In this document: piece by piece, positions 49,078 through 57,968 of the stretch
Layout: the number at the start of each line of letters is the position of its first letter
Position numbering within the stretch: the stretch's first letter is position 1
IMG/VR virus record: IMGVR_UViG_3300023184_009054
Direction: 5' to 3' (one strand)
Source: an uncultured virus (IMG/VR IMGVR_UViG_3300023184_009054)
Taxonomy: Duplodnaviria; Heunggongvirae; Uroviricota; Caudoviricetes
Length of the DNA stretch: 64,000 bases
Made by a program: the position numbers and the translations under genes
Notes under the pieces: generated by a model
Seen by the model: the letters and a program-made list of their open reading frames with translations, nothing else
Told to the model about the DNA's origin: nothing
The model's database searches: none

Positions 49078-50133
49078 TTATAGTTTACTAACTTTCCTAT
49101 CCCATTCTTTTTTTCTTACACTTGGGTTTTTTTTCTCAATTTCATTTAATTTTTCAAGCAAATCAAGGTATTCTTGTGGCATATTTTTGGGCATATCTAA
49201 CTTTGGAATTGCAAACATGTCACCAATACCATCTATTCCACCAGGCAAACCCTGTCTTTGGATTCTAATTTGTGAATTTGGCATAGTGTTTTTTGGTATT
49301 TTTACTTTTACCTTTTGTTTGTAAATATTTAAAATATCTAATTCAAATCCATTTACAAGTTGATAAAAAGTACAAGGAACATCTATCACAATGTGATTGT
49401 CATGTCGTTGGAAAAATTCATGCTGTAATACTTGAATAAATATAATCAAATCGCCATTAATTCCATTGTTGTGCCTACAAGGATCACCTTGTTCTGGCAT
49501 GCGTATTTGACCACTTGATACACCCGCTGGAATGGGTAAATCAATTATCACTTCTTCACTTTGCATTCCTTGATATCCAGCACCATTACAGTCGGTACAA
49601 TTCTCTATAATTATCTTCCCAGAACCATTACATGCTTGGCATGCAGTTTGAAAATTAACAGTTGCATTACCTTGCAACAAAACATTGTGAATGCCTGTTC
49701 CGTTACAATGTTTGCAACTTTCAAACTTTTTAGATCCATTTCCATTACATGATGCACATATTTTGCTTTTTTTTACTTTTACTTGTTTAGAACAACCTGT
49801 GGCAGCTTCTTCTAAAGTAATTTCAACTTTAACTTGTATGTTTTTTCCTTTGTGAATAGATTTTCCAAAGATATCGTGCATAGTATGCATGAAACCAGAA
49901 GACCATTCATTAGGATTAACACCAAAACCAAATTGATCAAATTGGTTTTTATTTTTTGAATTATTTAAAATGTCATAAGATTCTTGAACTTCTCTAAATT
50001 TCTCCTCTGCTGTAGGATCTCCAATATTCCTATCAGGATGAAACTGTTTAGCTTTTTTCCTGTAGGCATTTTGAATTTCTTCAGCAGAGGCAGTTCTAGA
50101 AATTTCTAATACTAAATATGGATCTTTGTTCAT
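49078..50133 (-). CDS. dnaJ: Chaperone DnaJ (class A)
   Basis: J-domain with HPD, four CxxCxGxG repeats, C-terminal GDL domain. Confidence 0.96.
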   Translation of the reverse strand: MNKDPYLVLEISRTASAEEIQNAYRKKAKQFHPDRNIGDPTAEEKFREVQESYDILNNSKNKNQFDQFGFGVNPNEWSSGFMHTMHDIFGKSIHKGKNIQVKVEITLEEAATGCSKQVKVKKSKICASCNGNGSKKFESCKHCNGTGIHNVLLQGNATVNFQTACQACNGSGKIIIENCTDCNGAGYQGMQSEEVIIDLPIPAGVSSGQIRMPEQGDPCRHNNGINGDLIIFIQVLQHEFFQRHDNHIVIDVPCTFYQLVNGFELDILNIYKQKVKVKIPKNTMPNSQIRIQRQGLPGGIDGIGDMFAIPKLDMPKNMPQEYLDLLEKLNEIEKKNPSVRKKEWDRKVSKL

Positions 50134-50138
50134 TTTTT

Positions 50139-50477
50139 CTATTCGACAATAACAGCCTTAATAGCATTGGGTTCCATCAAGAAAGAATCTCGATGAATAG
50201 AGTTGTAATTTGGAGAAATTACACCGCTTCCACTAATTAAAACTCGATCACCAACCTTATAGCCCCATTCCGAACTAAAGGTTGGGCCAACCGCCCTTAT
50301 GTAGCCCTGCAAAGGCACCTTAAGATCTGTTTTTTCAGAAATGGTAATATTGGTATTCATAAGCTCTTGCGGTGTCAAAATCTCAACTAAAACTTGACTA
50401 CCACAAGGAGATACACCTTTAACAGTATTGACTGAAGAAAGGCACTCGCCATCTGCACCGACAATTTTCTTAGACAT
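50139..50477 (-). CDS. GroES/Cpn10-like co-chaperonin
   Basis: PCGSQVLVE...G.IRAVGP....KVGDRVL...IKAVI. Confidence 0.8.
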   Translation of the reverse strand: MSKKIVGADGECLSSVNTVKGVSPCGSQVLVEILTPQELMNTNITISEKTDLKVPLQGYIRAVGPTFSSEWGYKVGDRVLISGSGVISPNYNSIHRDSFLMEPNAIKAVIVE

Positions 50478-50486
50478 TAGAAACTC

Positions 50487-50813
50487 CTAAAAAATATCAC
50501 TTGTATTAGTTGTTATAGTAATACTCTTTGCATAAATTTCATTAGTAGAAAAATTGTTATGATCAAATTGATTAGAAACAAATAATTGTGGATTAATTTG
50601 CCTATTTGCAGTTTCTGAATCATATATTTTAAAGTCTGAATTTTTTTTATCGTCTGGTGCAACTGAAGGTAATTCTGATAATTTTTCAAATATTTTTTCG
50701 ACTTCTCTTTCGCAATAACCATCCATTAAATCTAAATGACCCAAACAAGCATCGTAATAAATTGATTTGGAAAAACTCAATAGTTGTTCAATTGTAATTT
50801 TTTTATAAATCAT
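50487..50813 (-). CDS. Hypothetical protein
   Basis: 108 aa, SD AAGGAG. Confidence 0.65.
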   Translation of the reverse strand: MIYKKITIEQLLSFSKSIYYDACLGHLDLMDGYCEREVEKIFEKLSELPSVAPDDKKNSDFKIYDSETANRQINPQLFVSNQFDHNNFSTNEIYAKSITITTNTSDIF

Positions 50814-50825
50814 AAAATTCTCCTT

Positions 50826-52034
50826 TTAAATCCAATATGTTATAAAGTAACATTTGTGGTCTTTTTCAGCAACTATAATTGGATTAAAATATTTATTTTG
50901 AATCATATTTTTATCAAATTCATATTTTGATTCCAAACAATCTTGATAGATTCGCAATCTTCCATTGCAATCTATAAATGAATAATTTTTATCTTTAGAT
51001 AAAATAGGAAAATCAAAAGAAGGCACTATTAAACCATAAAAATCAAATATTGATTTATTGTTTGCCTCTGGGAAGTTTTCCAATTTGCTTATAACATCTT
51101 TTATATTATCGGTTAAAATATCATTAAAATAATTTAGTGGGTATATTTTAGGTTCATATTCATAACCATTTATTTCTTTATTTTCATCAAAGATGTATTC
51201 TCCAAAAATAGATTGAGTGACAAATATTTTAAATATGTCTGACTGGCCTGAAAAAATCGTTGGTGTGATTACACTTTTATAGTTAAAGTTTCTCGAAAGA
51301 ATTAAACTGGCAGCAGACATGGTAATTCTATTGAATCCGAAATAATTTTGTCTTACATACTCATGATAGGACTGTAAGTTATTTGTTATTTCATTTGCCA
51401 AAAACGAACAACCCAAATCCTCATATCTTTTGGCCTTTATTTCCATATTTTTAACTTCATTTTCTAAAGATTTATCAAATCTTAAAAAATTATAAAAATT
51501 ATTTGGATGAGAGTTAAAATTATAAATTCCTTTTTTATAAGCACTATTGAGATCAATTATTTGCATCTTTTTTTGACATCTGATTTTTTCTTTTTTTTCA
51601 TTGTCACTTAAAAACCGCAAATTGCATCTATTGTTTTCGGGAATATCAATTTTAGACAGTATTTTAAAATTGTCCAAAACATATTTACTCATAAAGCTTT
51701 GAAGAAGCTCACCCAGCTTGGTGAATTTATTCGCTTTTCCAAAATTGTAATAGGAACATAATTCATCGAATACCTGATTGAATTCCCAATTATCTTGAAA
51801 AATTCCATCATAACAATCTTCAATATTTGGATGGTTTATGTCAATACTTTTTAAAAAAGCGACAATTTTATCTCCGATATCTCCAAATGCAGAACGCAAT
51901 ATTTCATGATCAGAATTAAGTAATTTTGAAATGAATAAATTATCTTTTTTTTTGTAAGAACTAGAATTAGAATTAAGTCTTTTGTAGAATTCATCAAAAA
52001 AACTAATTATATTTGTGTCTTTAATGGGATTCAT
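50826..52034 (-). CDS. Hypothetical protein
   Basis: About 402 aa; start reassigned to MNPIKD downstream of the infC stop. Confidence 0.65.
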   Translation of the reverse strand: MNPIKDTNIISFFDEFYKRLNSNSSSYKKKDNLFISKLLNSDHEILRSAFGDIGDKIVAFLKSIDINHPNIEDCYDGIFQDNWEFNQVFDELCSYYNFGKANKFTKLGELLQSFMSKYVLDNFKILSKIDIPENNRCNLRFLSDNEKKEKIRCQKKMQIIDLNSAYKKGIYNFNSHPNNFYNFLRFDKSLENEVKNMEIKAKRYEDLGCSFLANEITNNLQSYHEYVRQNYFGFNRITMSAASLILSRNFNYKSVITPTIFSGQSDIFKIFVTQSIFGEYIFDENKEINGYEYEPKIYPLNYFNDILTDNIKDVISKLENFPEANNKSIFDFYGLIVPSFDFPILSKDKNYSFIDCNGRLRIYQDCLESKYEFDKNMIQNKYFNPIIVAEKDHKCYFITYWI

Positions 52035-52041
52035 GTTTTTC

Positions 52042-52599
52042 TCAAACTTTAGAAGCCAAACAACAAAATATTTTATTACCTTCAAATTTAGGAGCAACTT
52101 CTACTGTTGAATATTCAGACAAACTATCAATCAGTTTTTTAACAAGATTAAAACCATTGTCAATGTGATTTAATTCTCTTCCGCCTTTAAATTGAACAAT
52201 ACAGTGAATCTTGCAGCCTTCTTGTAAAAACTTCTTTGCATGATTAACTTTTGTCATAAGGTCATTTTCTGCAATTGATGGTCTAAATCTCAATTCTTTA
52301 AATTGTATTTGAGATTCCCTTTTCTTTTTGGCACTCTCTTTATCTTTTACCTTTTTTTCATATTTGTATTTAGCATAATCCATAATTTTGCAAAGTGGAG
52401 GATTAGCATTTGGAATAACTTCCACTAAATCAAAATTAGATTCTTCTGCAAGCCTTCTTGCATTTTCAGTTGACATAATTCCAAGCTGCTCTTCATTTCT
52501 TACGACTCTTACAGTAAGAACTCTAATTTGATAATTTATTCTAAGTTCGCTAGGTTTTTTTGGATCTTTATCATAATTCCGATAATTCTGATGATGCAT
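52042..52599 (-). CDS. infC: Translation initiation factor IF-3
   Basis: RINYQIR...VRVV...QLGI...A...DLVEV.PNANPPLCKIMDY.KYKYE; KELRFRP.I..ND..TK...KFL..G. Confidence 0.96.
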   Translation of the reverse strand: MHHQNYRNYDKDPKKPSELRINYQIRVLTVRVVRNEEQLGIMSTENARRLAEESNFDLVEVIPNANPPLCKIMDYAKYKYEKKVKDKESAKKKRESQIQFKELRFRPSIAENDLMTKVNHAKKFLQEGCKIHCIVQFKGGRELNHIDNGFNLVKKLIDSLSEYSTVEVAPKFEGNKIFCCLASKV

Positions 52600-54146
52600 T
52601 AAATACTTTCCTTGGTAAATGTCACATTTATAAGACTAATTTCTTTAGATTTCAGAGATGTAGATATAACGCTGTCTAATTCATCTTTGTTAGATACAAT
52701 AAATCCATTGCCGAAATTAAAAAATTGCTTAAACTTTTCAATATTATAAAATTTATTCATGTTATTACTTAGTATAAAAATTATAGGATTAAGTTTATTT
52801 TGAAACAAAGTGTGCAATTCGATCATGGAAATATTAAATGAATTTTCACTCAACAATACAATTGGTCTAAGTTCTGGCCTTGATAGTTGTAAGCCCAAAG
52901 ACCCCGGAATTGCAAATCCTGTAGAGTAATGAAATGCAGGGCTAAAAAATCTATTTTCATAAACCCTCAATCTGGAAGCACTTGTGAGGAAATCGCCAGC
53001 ATCAGCTATTATTGCCAAATTATTATCTTTGCATATAAGATCATTGATTTTATTGAAAAAATATTTTTCAGAAATGTATTCGTTATTTTTACAATCATCA
53101 AAATATTCATTATTTTTATAATTTTCAATTTTTGACTTAGAAAGAAAATTTATTTCAAATAAAGAATTACAAAAATCAGAAAATGTTACATTATTGTAAA
53201 CATGATTCTTTATATAAAGACCTTCAGTAGAGCAAAAAACAACATGCCTTTTAGTAAATCTTGGAGATTGAAATCCAAGAGTCACATCTGATAAACATTC
53301 TCCAAAAACCAACAGACAGTCAGATTGATCTATGATTGCATTCACATTTTCATCAGATGTTTTAGATCCGCAATAAACCCCACGAAACAAATGATTGTTC
53401 TCATCAACTGAACTTTTTCCAAGCAATGTTGTCATAAATGGAATATTGTGCTTTTCTGCAAATCTAACAATCTTTTTGCTTAGTCCATATCTTATAATTT
53501 GAACGCCTATTAATATCACAGGGCTTTTACTTTCGGCAATCCAATCTGAAGTTTCTTTTATTGAATCCTGTAATGTTTCTTTGTCACTTGTTTTGCTATT
53601 TGGAGTTCCATCACGATAAACATCATATCTGATTGGTGTATTAGCTACATCTATAGGAAGCTCTAAATAAATAGGCTGCTTGTTTTTCACAAGTGCCTCC
53701 AATCCCTCATCGATAGCCAGACCTGCTTTTGTAGCATCATTTAAAATAGTCGAATAACAAGTAATGTTTTTAAATATTTTCTGTTGGTTGTCAAAACTTC
53801 TCACGACATGATGTAATAAAAAATCTTCATTCCTTGATTTTATAGGAGGTGACATGGATATCACAATGACTGGTGATTTCTCTGAGTATGCACCCGCAAT
53901 TGAATTACAAAGCTTTAAAGCTCCAGCATTGTAATTCGCACAAACGCAACCAGTTCCTTGAATCCTAGCGTAAATGTCAGCAGCAAATCCAGAACTGTTT
54001 TCATCTTTATTGGCAATAAATTTTATTTTAGAATTATTATTTATATTTTCTATGAAATTATTATTGTGACCACCAACAACTCCAAAAATGTGTTTAACAC
54101 CAATGTTTTCAAGCCTTTCAATCAAAAAATTTGAAACTAGTGACAT
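52599..54146 (-). CDS. Pyruvate/indolepyruvate decarboxylase-like protein with degenerate ThDP motif
   Basis: ERL..GV.HIFG, DE..GFAAD.YARI, AGAYSE..PV, LLHH, PIYLELP; GDG motif replaced by SEN. Confidence 0.85.
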   Translation of the reverse strand: MSLVSNFLIERLENIGVKHIFGVVGGHNNNFIENINNNSKIKFIANKDENSSGFAADIYARIQGTGCVCANYNAGALKLCNSIAGAYSEKSPVIVISMSPPIKSRNEDFLLHHVVRSFDNQQKIFKNITCYSTILNDATKAGLAIDEGLEALVKNKQPIYLELPIDVANTPIRYDVYRDGTPNSKTSDKETLQDSIKETSDWIAESKSPVILIGVQIIRYGLSKKIVRFAEKHNIPFMTTLLGKSSVDENNHLFRGVYCGSKTSDENVNAIIDQSDCLLVFGECLSDVTLGFQSPRFTKRHVVFCSTEGLYIKNHVYNNVTFSDFCNSLFEINFLSKSKIENYKNNEYFDDCKNNEYISEKYFFNKINDLICKDNNLAIIADAGDFLTSASRLRVYENRFFSPAFHYSTGFAIPGSLGLQLSRPELRPIVLLSENSFNISMIELHTLFQNKLNPIIFILSNNMNKFYNIEKFKQFFNFGNGFIVSNKDELDSVISTSLKSKEISLINVTFTKESI

Positions 54147-54153
54147 AATTTTC

Positions 54154-54936
54154 TCATATCTCTGATGTTGGACTATCTGAAATTTTTAAAATATAGCCTT
54201 CGGCATCTACTGGGAATCTTCTAATCCATTCGATGTTGGGAGGTATGTTGCAGTGATAGTCAATATTGCTAGGATCTATAAAACTTGGAGTTACCGATAA
54301 TGATTCTAAGTTTAGTGGCACAACCATTTTCATGAGTTTAAATTCTAAAAAGTAACAACCTGGAAAACAGGTGTCTCCATTTTTCCATGGATATACGAAA
54401 TAACTTTCTTGTAAAACATCTTTAGTTGTCATTCCATCAACGCCAATCACATCTTGGTAGACCATTTCTGTTTGGGCAGAAGAATTCATAAACTTTATAA
54501 TTTTTATAGGTTGACCTTTTTTCCAATTTTGAACAATTGTTCCATGATAACCTCTTTGTACTTGAATGTAATAATTAGATTCATCAAAGGCGGTTACCAA
54601 CAAATGCTCCGTCTGTCTTGGTCTATCAACTATTATAACATCACCAATCATAATCTGATTAAATCCAATATTGTCAGCAAGGGAAAAATATGTATCTGTG
54701 CTGCTGACTGCAAATTTGAATTTCCCATTTGACCACATCGAAGCTTCTAACACGAGATCGGTAAGATCTAAAGGACCATCACAATCTTCAATCTTTACTT
54801 TAAAATCAGGCTTTGTATCGTTTCTTCTCAGAGTGAAGTCGGGGCATACACCACTTTTACAACCATATTGGTCAATGCATCCGCTACTCTGACCCGTGTA
54901 TTTGTTTGAATTGCAACTCATATAATATTTATCCAA
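54154..54936 (-). CDS. Putative virion/baseplate protein (BppU-like N-terminus)
   Basis: FTLRRNDTKP...PLDLT...Y.W..GDT..PG.Y.LEF; likely start MSCNS at 54921. Confidence 0.6.
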   Translation of the reverse strand: MDKYYMSCNSNKYTGQSSGCIDQYGCKSGVCPDFTLRRNDTKPDFKVKIEDCDGPLDLTDLVLEASMWSNGKFKFAVSSTDTYFSLADNIGFNQIMIGDVIIVDRPRQTEHLLVTAFDESNYYIQVQRGYHGTIVQNWKKGQPIKIIKFMNSSAQTEMVYQDVIGVDGMTTKDVLQESYFVYPWKNGDTCFPGCYFLEFKLMKMVVPLNLESLSVTPSFIDPSNIDYHCNIPPNIEWIRRFPVDAEGYILKISDSPTSEI

Positions 54937-54940
54937 TCCC

Positions 54941-55378
54941 TTAAAATATCTCAGCTTGTTGTATTAAAAATATGTAATCCTTTATCCAATGAAGGTTTCC
55001 ATCGTATTTTTGCAAATCTATATTTGCACTTAAACACAACTGCTCGACTTCATTATTTATCACTTCTGTTTCAATATAAACAATTTTTTTCACCAAAGAA
55101 TTAGCTAAAATTATCAAAGATTCAAATAATGGCGTGTAAGTTAAATAAAGAATACCAGAAACATCAAAAATTTTAAGATTAGTAAACAAATATATTTCTG
55201 GCTCTAAAACAAATATACCTTGCTCAGAACTAATGCCTTTGGGCTTATTCTCAGAACTAATATAAATTATATTATTTGTGTCACAAAATAACGCTATTTT
55301 TCTTTGCTTAGATTTAACTGATGATAGAAGAGCAATTCCAATATGATAATCATCATTTTTCAATCTCTGAACTTCCAT
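54941..55378 (-). CDS. dCMP-deaminase-fold protein lacking Zn ligands
   Basis: Y..IALLSS..S, LEPEIY (for HAE), LYLTYTPLFES (for LY.T..PCxxC), VKKIVY. Confidence 0.65.
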   Translation of the reverse strand: MEVQRLKNDDYHIGIALLSSVKSKQRKIALFCDTNNIIYISSENKPKGISSEQGIFVLEPEIYLFTNLKIFDVSGILYLTYTPLFESLIILANSLVKKIVYIETEVINNEVEQLCLSANIDLQKYDGNLHWIKDYIFLIQQAEIF

Positions 55379-55789
55379 TTAATCACCAACCATTTGAAGA
55401 AATTCAACGGATAAATTGTCATAGTCATTAATATTTATAAAATCTTTCAACAATTTCTTTTGTGTTCTGTCCATGAGTTTCATACAAATTTTTGAAGAAA
55501 GTGGAATTTTTATTTCCCATGAATTATGAATATGCAAACAAGCCACTCCTTGGATGCTTCCCAATCTATAATAATCAACACATTCTTTTACATAAAAATC
55601 AGATGCACAATCGTATGAATAGCCACTAATAGCTATTCCTTTTTCGCATGGTATATTTAACAATTTGTTTTTGCATGGATTGATATTATCTATAAAAACC
55701 GCAACAAGATATGTTGTTTGACTTACATCCAAAGAAATATTTAATTCTTTTTTTTGCAATTTACACAATGAATTTAAATTCGTAGCCAT
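55379..55789 (-). CDS. Hypothetical protein
   Basis: 136 aa. Confidence 0.65.
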   Translation of the reverse strand: MATNLNSLCKLQKKELNISLDVSQTTYLVAVFIDNINPCKNKLLNIPCEKGIAISGYSYDCASDFYVKECVDYYRLGSIQGVACLHIHNSWEIKIPLSSKICMKLMDRTQKKLLKDFININDYDNLSVEFLQMVGD

Positions 55790-55837
55790 AACCTATTCTA
55801 ATGCTGATTTAAATCTATTTCAATTATAAATTTAGCC

Positions 55838-56380
55838 TTATTTTTTAATTACTTTTTTAATTACTTTCTTAATTACTTTTTTAATTACCTTCTTATCATC
55901 CTTCTCAACCACCTTCTTATCATCTTTTTTAGCTACTTTCTTATCGTCTTTCTTAGCTACTTTCTTATCGTCTTTCTTGTCATCTTTTTCAGCTTCTTTG
56001 CTTTCATCATCCTCTACGCTAACACCATGTTTTTTCATGATTTCTTTCATTTTATCTTGTGTTTCTTTTTTATTTTTCAACAGCTTTAATTCCCAAATAT
56101 CTTTAGCCAAAAACTCAATCGAAGACATAAACTTGTCAAAATTCAAATCTCTTGGCATAGGCTTTTTAGCCTCTCCAATCATATGGCTTTTCTTTTTGTG
56201 TCTTTTCTTTTTGTGACTTTTCTTTAATGCCTTTTTCAATCTTGTGACTTGCCAAGGAGGTGGAGTTCCATGGCCAAATATGTCCGCAACAGGGGGAGCC
56301 AAGCCTAATGCAGCTTGTGTTTTAATCCTTGTTGCTGAACTTGATTCTTTTACTTTCAAAAAATTAGAAAATGTTATCAT
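55838..56380 (-). CDS. Lys-rich protein, putative head internal protein
   Basis: MITFSNFLKVKE; KKDDKKVA and KKVI repeats; CATAAATA 4 nt upstream. Confidence 0.7.
   Translation of the reverse strand: MITFSNFLKVKESSSATRIKTQAALGLAPPVADIFGHGTPPPWQVTRLKKALKKSHKKKRHKKKSHMIGEAKKPMPRDLNFDKFMSSIEFLAKDIWELKLLKNKKETQDKMKEIMKKHGVSVEDDESKEAEKDDKKDDKKVAKKDDKKVAKKDDKKVVEKDDKKVIKKVIKKVIKKVIKK
55841..55990 (-). repeat. Coding tandem repeats (24-bp and 12-bp units)
   Basis: KKDDKKVA-type units followed by four KKVI units. Confidence 0.8.
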
Positions 56381-56387
56381 GCCATAT

Positions 56388-56705
56388 TTATGCTTCGGGA
56401 AATGAGTTTAATGAGAATTTTCCACTTTCTATTTCAGAAAGAAATTCTAAATTCATTTCCTTTTTAGCCTTACGATGTGAGTCTTCTATCAATTTGAATC
56501 TAGAATACATAAATTGCATATATCTTTTTTTACAAAAAATACCAGTATGATCTACAAAGTTATCATAATTTCCAAATACCAAAAGATATGAAATAAAATT
56601 TTCTTGTATTCCAGTAGAAAAATACTTCATAAGATACCTCTTATCTTTTGGTATCTTGTAATCAAAAAATTCACCTGAGATAAACAAAGCATCATTATTA
56701 GACAT
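56388..56705 (-). CDS. Hypothetical protein
   Basis: 105 aa. Confidence 0.65.
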   Translation of the reverse strand: MSNNDALFISGEFFDYKIPKDKRYLMKYFSTGIQENFISYLLVFGNYDNFVDHTGIFCKKRYMQFMYSRFKLIEDSHRKAKKEMNLEFLSEIESGKFSLNSFPEA

Positions 56706-57102
56706 TAATCTTTATACCTTTAACATATTTCAAATATATAAGCATCATTCCGCCAGCAAATTTTTGAGGTATTCCACTTTTGCATAATAAATTTAATGTC
56801 TCATTAACAATTTTAATATCTTCCGTTATATCTCCTATTTTTTTTAATTCAACAAAATTTGAATCTTTCATAGAATCATAAGCAATCTTTACACCATCGA
56901 TTAAAGTGGTTGAAGATACCATTGAGATTTTTCTAGGGTCTGTTAATATATATTTTGGAACTTTTCCACCACAATGCATGATTTTATCAGCAAAAAATCT
57001 ATCAATACAAGACTTTAAAAAGTCTTTTGAATTCTCCGAAATTGCATTTGCACTATCATTTATATCATTTTCAAAATCATCATCAAAATCTTCATTTTGC
57101 AC
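56698..57102 (-). CDS. Hypothetical protein
   Basis: 134 aa, GTG start, SD AAGGAG. Confidence 0.65.
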   Translation of the reverse strand: MQNEDFDDDFENDINDSANAISENSKDFLKSCIDRFFADKIMHCGGKVPKYILTDPRKISMVSSTTLIDGVKIAYDSMKDSNFVELKKIGDITEDIKIVNETLNLLCKSGIPQKFAGGMMLIYLKYVKGIKINV

Positions 57103-57169
57103 AGTAAACTCCTTTTCAACTTAAACAAAATTACAAAGAATAATCTACATACTTAAAACAGGAGGTCAA

Positions 57170-57676
57170 ATGAAAAAAACACTTTTCATCATTATTTTTA
57201 TAATTTTTATTTCTGGCTGTGGTAATTTCAATCCTCGTCTTCAAAATAGGATAGCTAACGAGAATGGTAAAATTGAAGACATTAGAAATAATCAAAATGG
57301 ATTTATGCTTGAGTTAGGAAAACTTCGTAACGAAGCACAAATACAAAACTCACAACTCAAAGAGGTGCAGCAGGGAATGTTGAACATGAACAATGCCTTA
57401 TCTCGCAATGAAAACAGTGGAATACAAATACTTCAAGGAGATGGATCGCTTATGCTTATATTCGCTTTGGCATCAATCGGTATGTTGCTTTTTTACTATA
57501 GAAATAAAGCAAATAATAATGAAAAAATTGCCAATATGCTTGCTGTAGAAGTGGCTAGATTCAATGACCCAAATTTAAATGATAACATTTTAAGAACTTC
57601 CATGTTTACCTCGGTTGAATCAAAAGTGTTCAAACTATTGAACACGCATGCAAAGAAGATATCACCGAAATCTTAA
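57170..57676 (+). CDS. Lipoprotein with coiled coil and internal TM
   Basis: MKK-hydrophobic-ISGC lipobox; N/Q-rich helix; TM SLMLIFALASIGMLLFYY; SD GGAGG. Confidence 0.75.
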   Translation: MKKTLFIIIFIIFISGCGNFNPRLQNRIANENGKIEDIRNNQNGFMLELGKLRNEAQIQNSQLKEVQQGMLNMNNALSRNENSGIQILQGDGSLMLIFALASIGMLLFYYRNKANNNEKIANMLAVEVARFNDPNLNDNILRTSMFTSVESKVFKLLNTHAKKISPKS

Positions 57677-57685
57677 AAGTAAAGT

Positions 57686-57967
57686 CTAAAGAATATCATA
57701 TCCTTGAACAATGTTTTTAAGCTTAATATATCCTGAGCAATTGTCACCCAAAGGAACTTTTTGCGAATGTGGATTTTTGCCTTTATTTTTCGACTCTTTT
57801 AAAAATTCCACAACTCGCTTGTCAATAATTGCTTTTTTTTCTGCAATTAATTTGAGGCAGTAATGTTTAGATGGATCGAGATCATCCTTCTCCAAGTACT
57901 TACACATACCACTAGGACTTGAGATGGAGCCAGAACAAACATTTTTTATTTGCTTTAAACTTAACAC
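57686..57967 (-). CDS. Small Cys-containing hypothetical protein
   Basis: Probable GTG start just after def; C...CKYL...YCLK...DNC. Confidence 0.6.
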   Translation of the reverse strand: MLSLKQIKNVCSGSISSPSGMCKYLEKDDLDPSKHYCLKLIAEKKAIIDKRVVEFLKESKNKGKNPHSQKVPLGDNCSGYIKLKNIVQGYDIL

Positions 57968-57968
57968 A

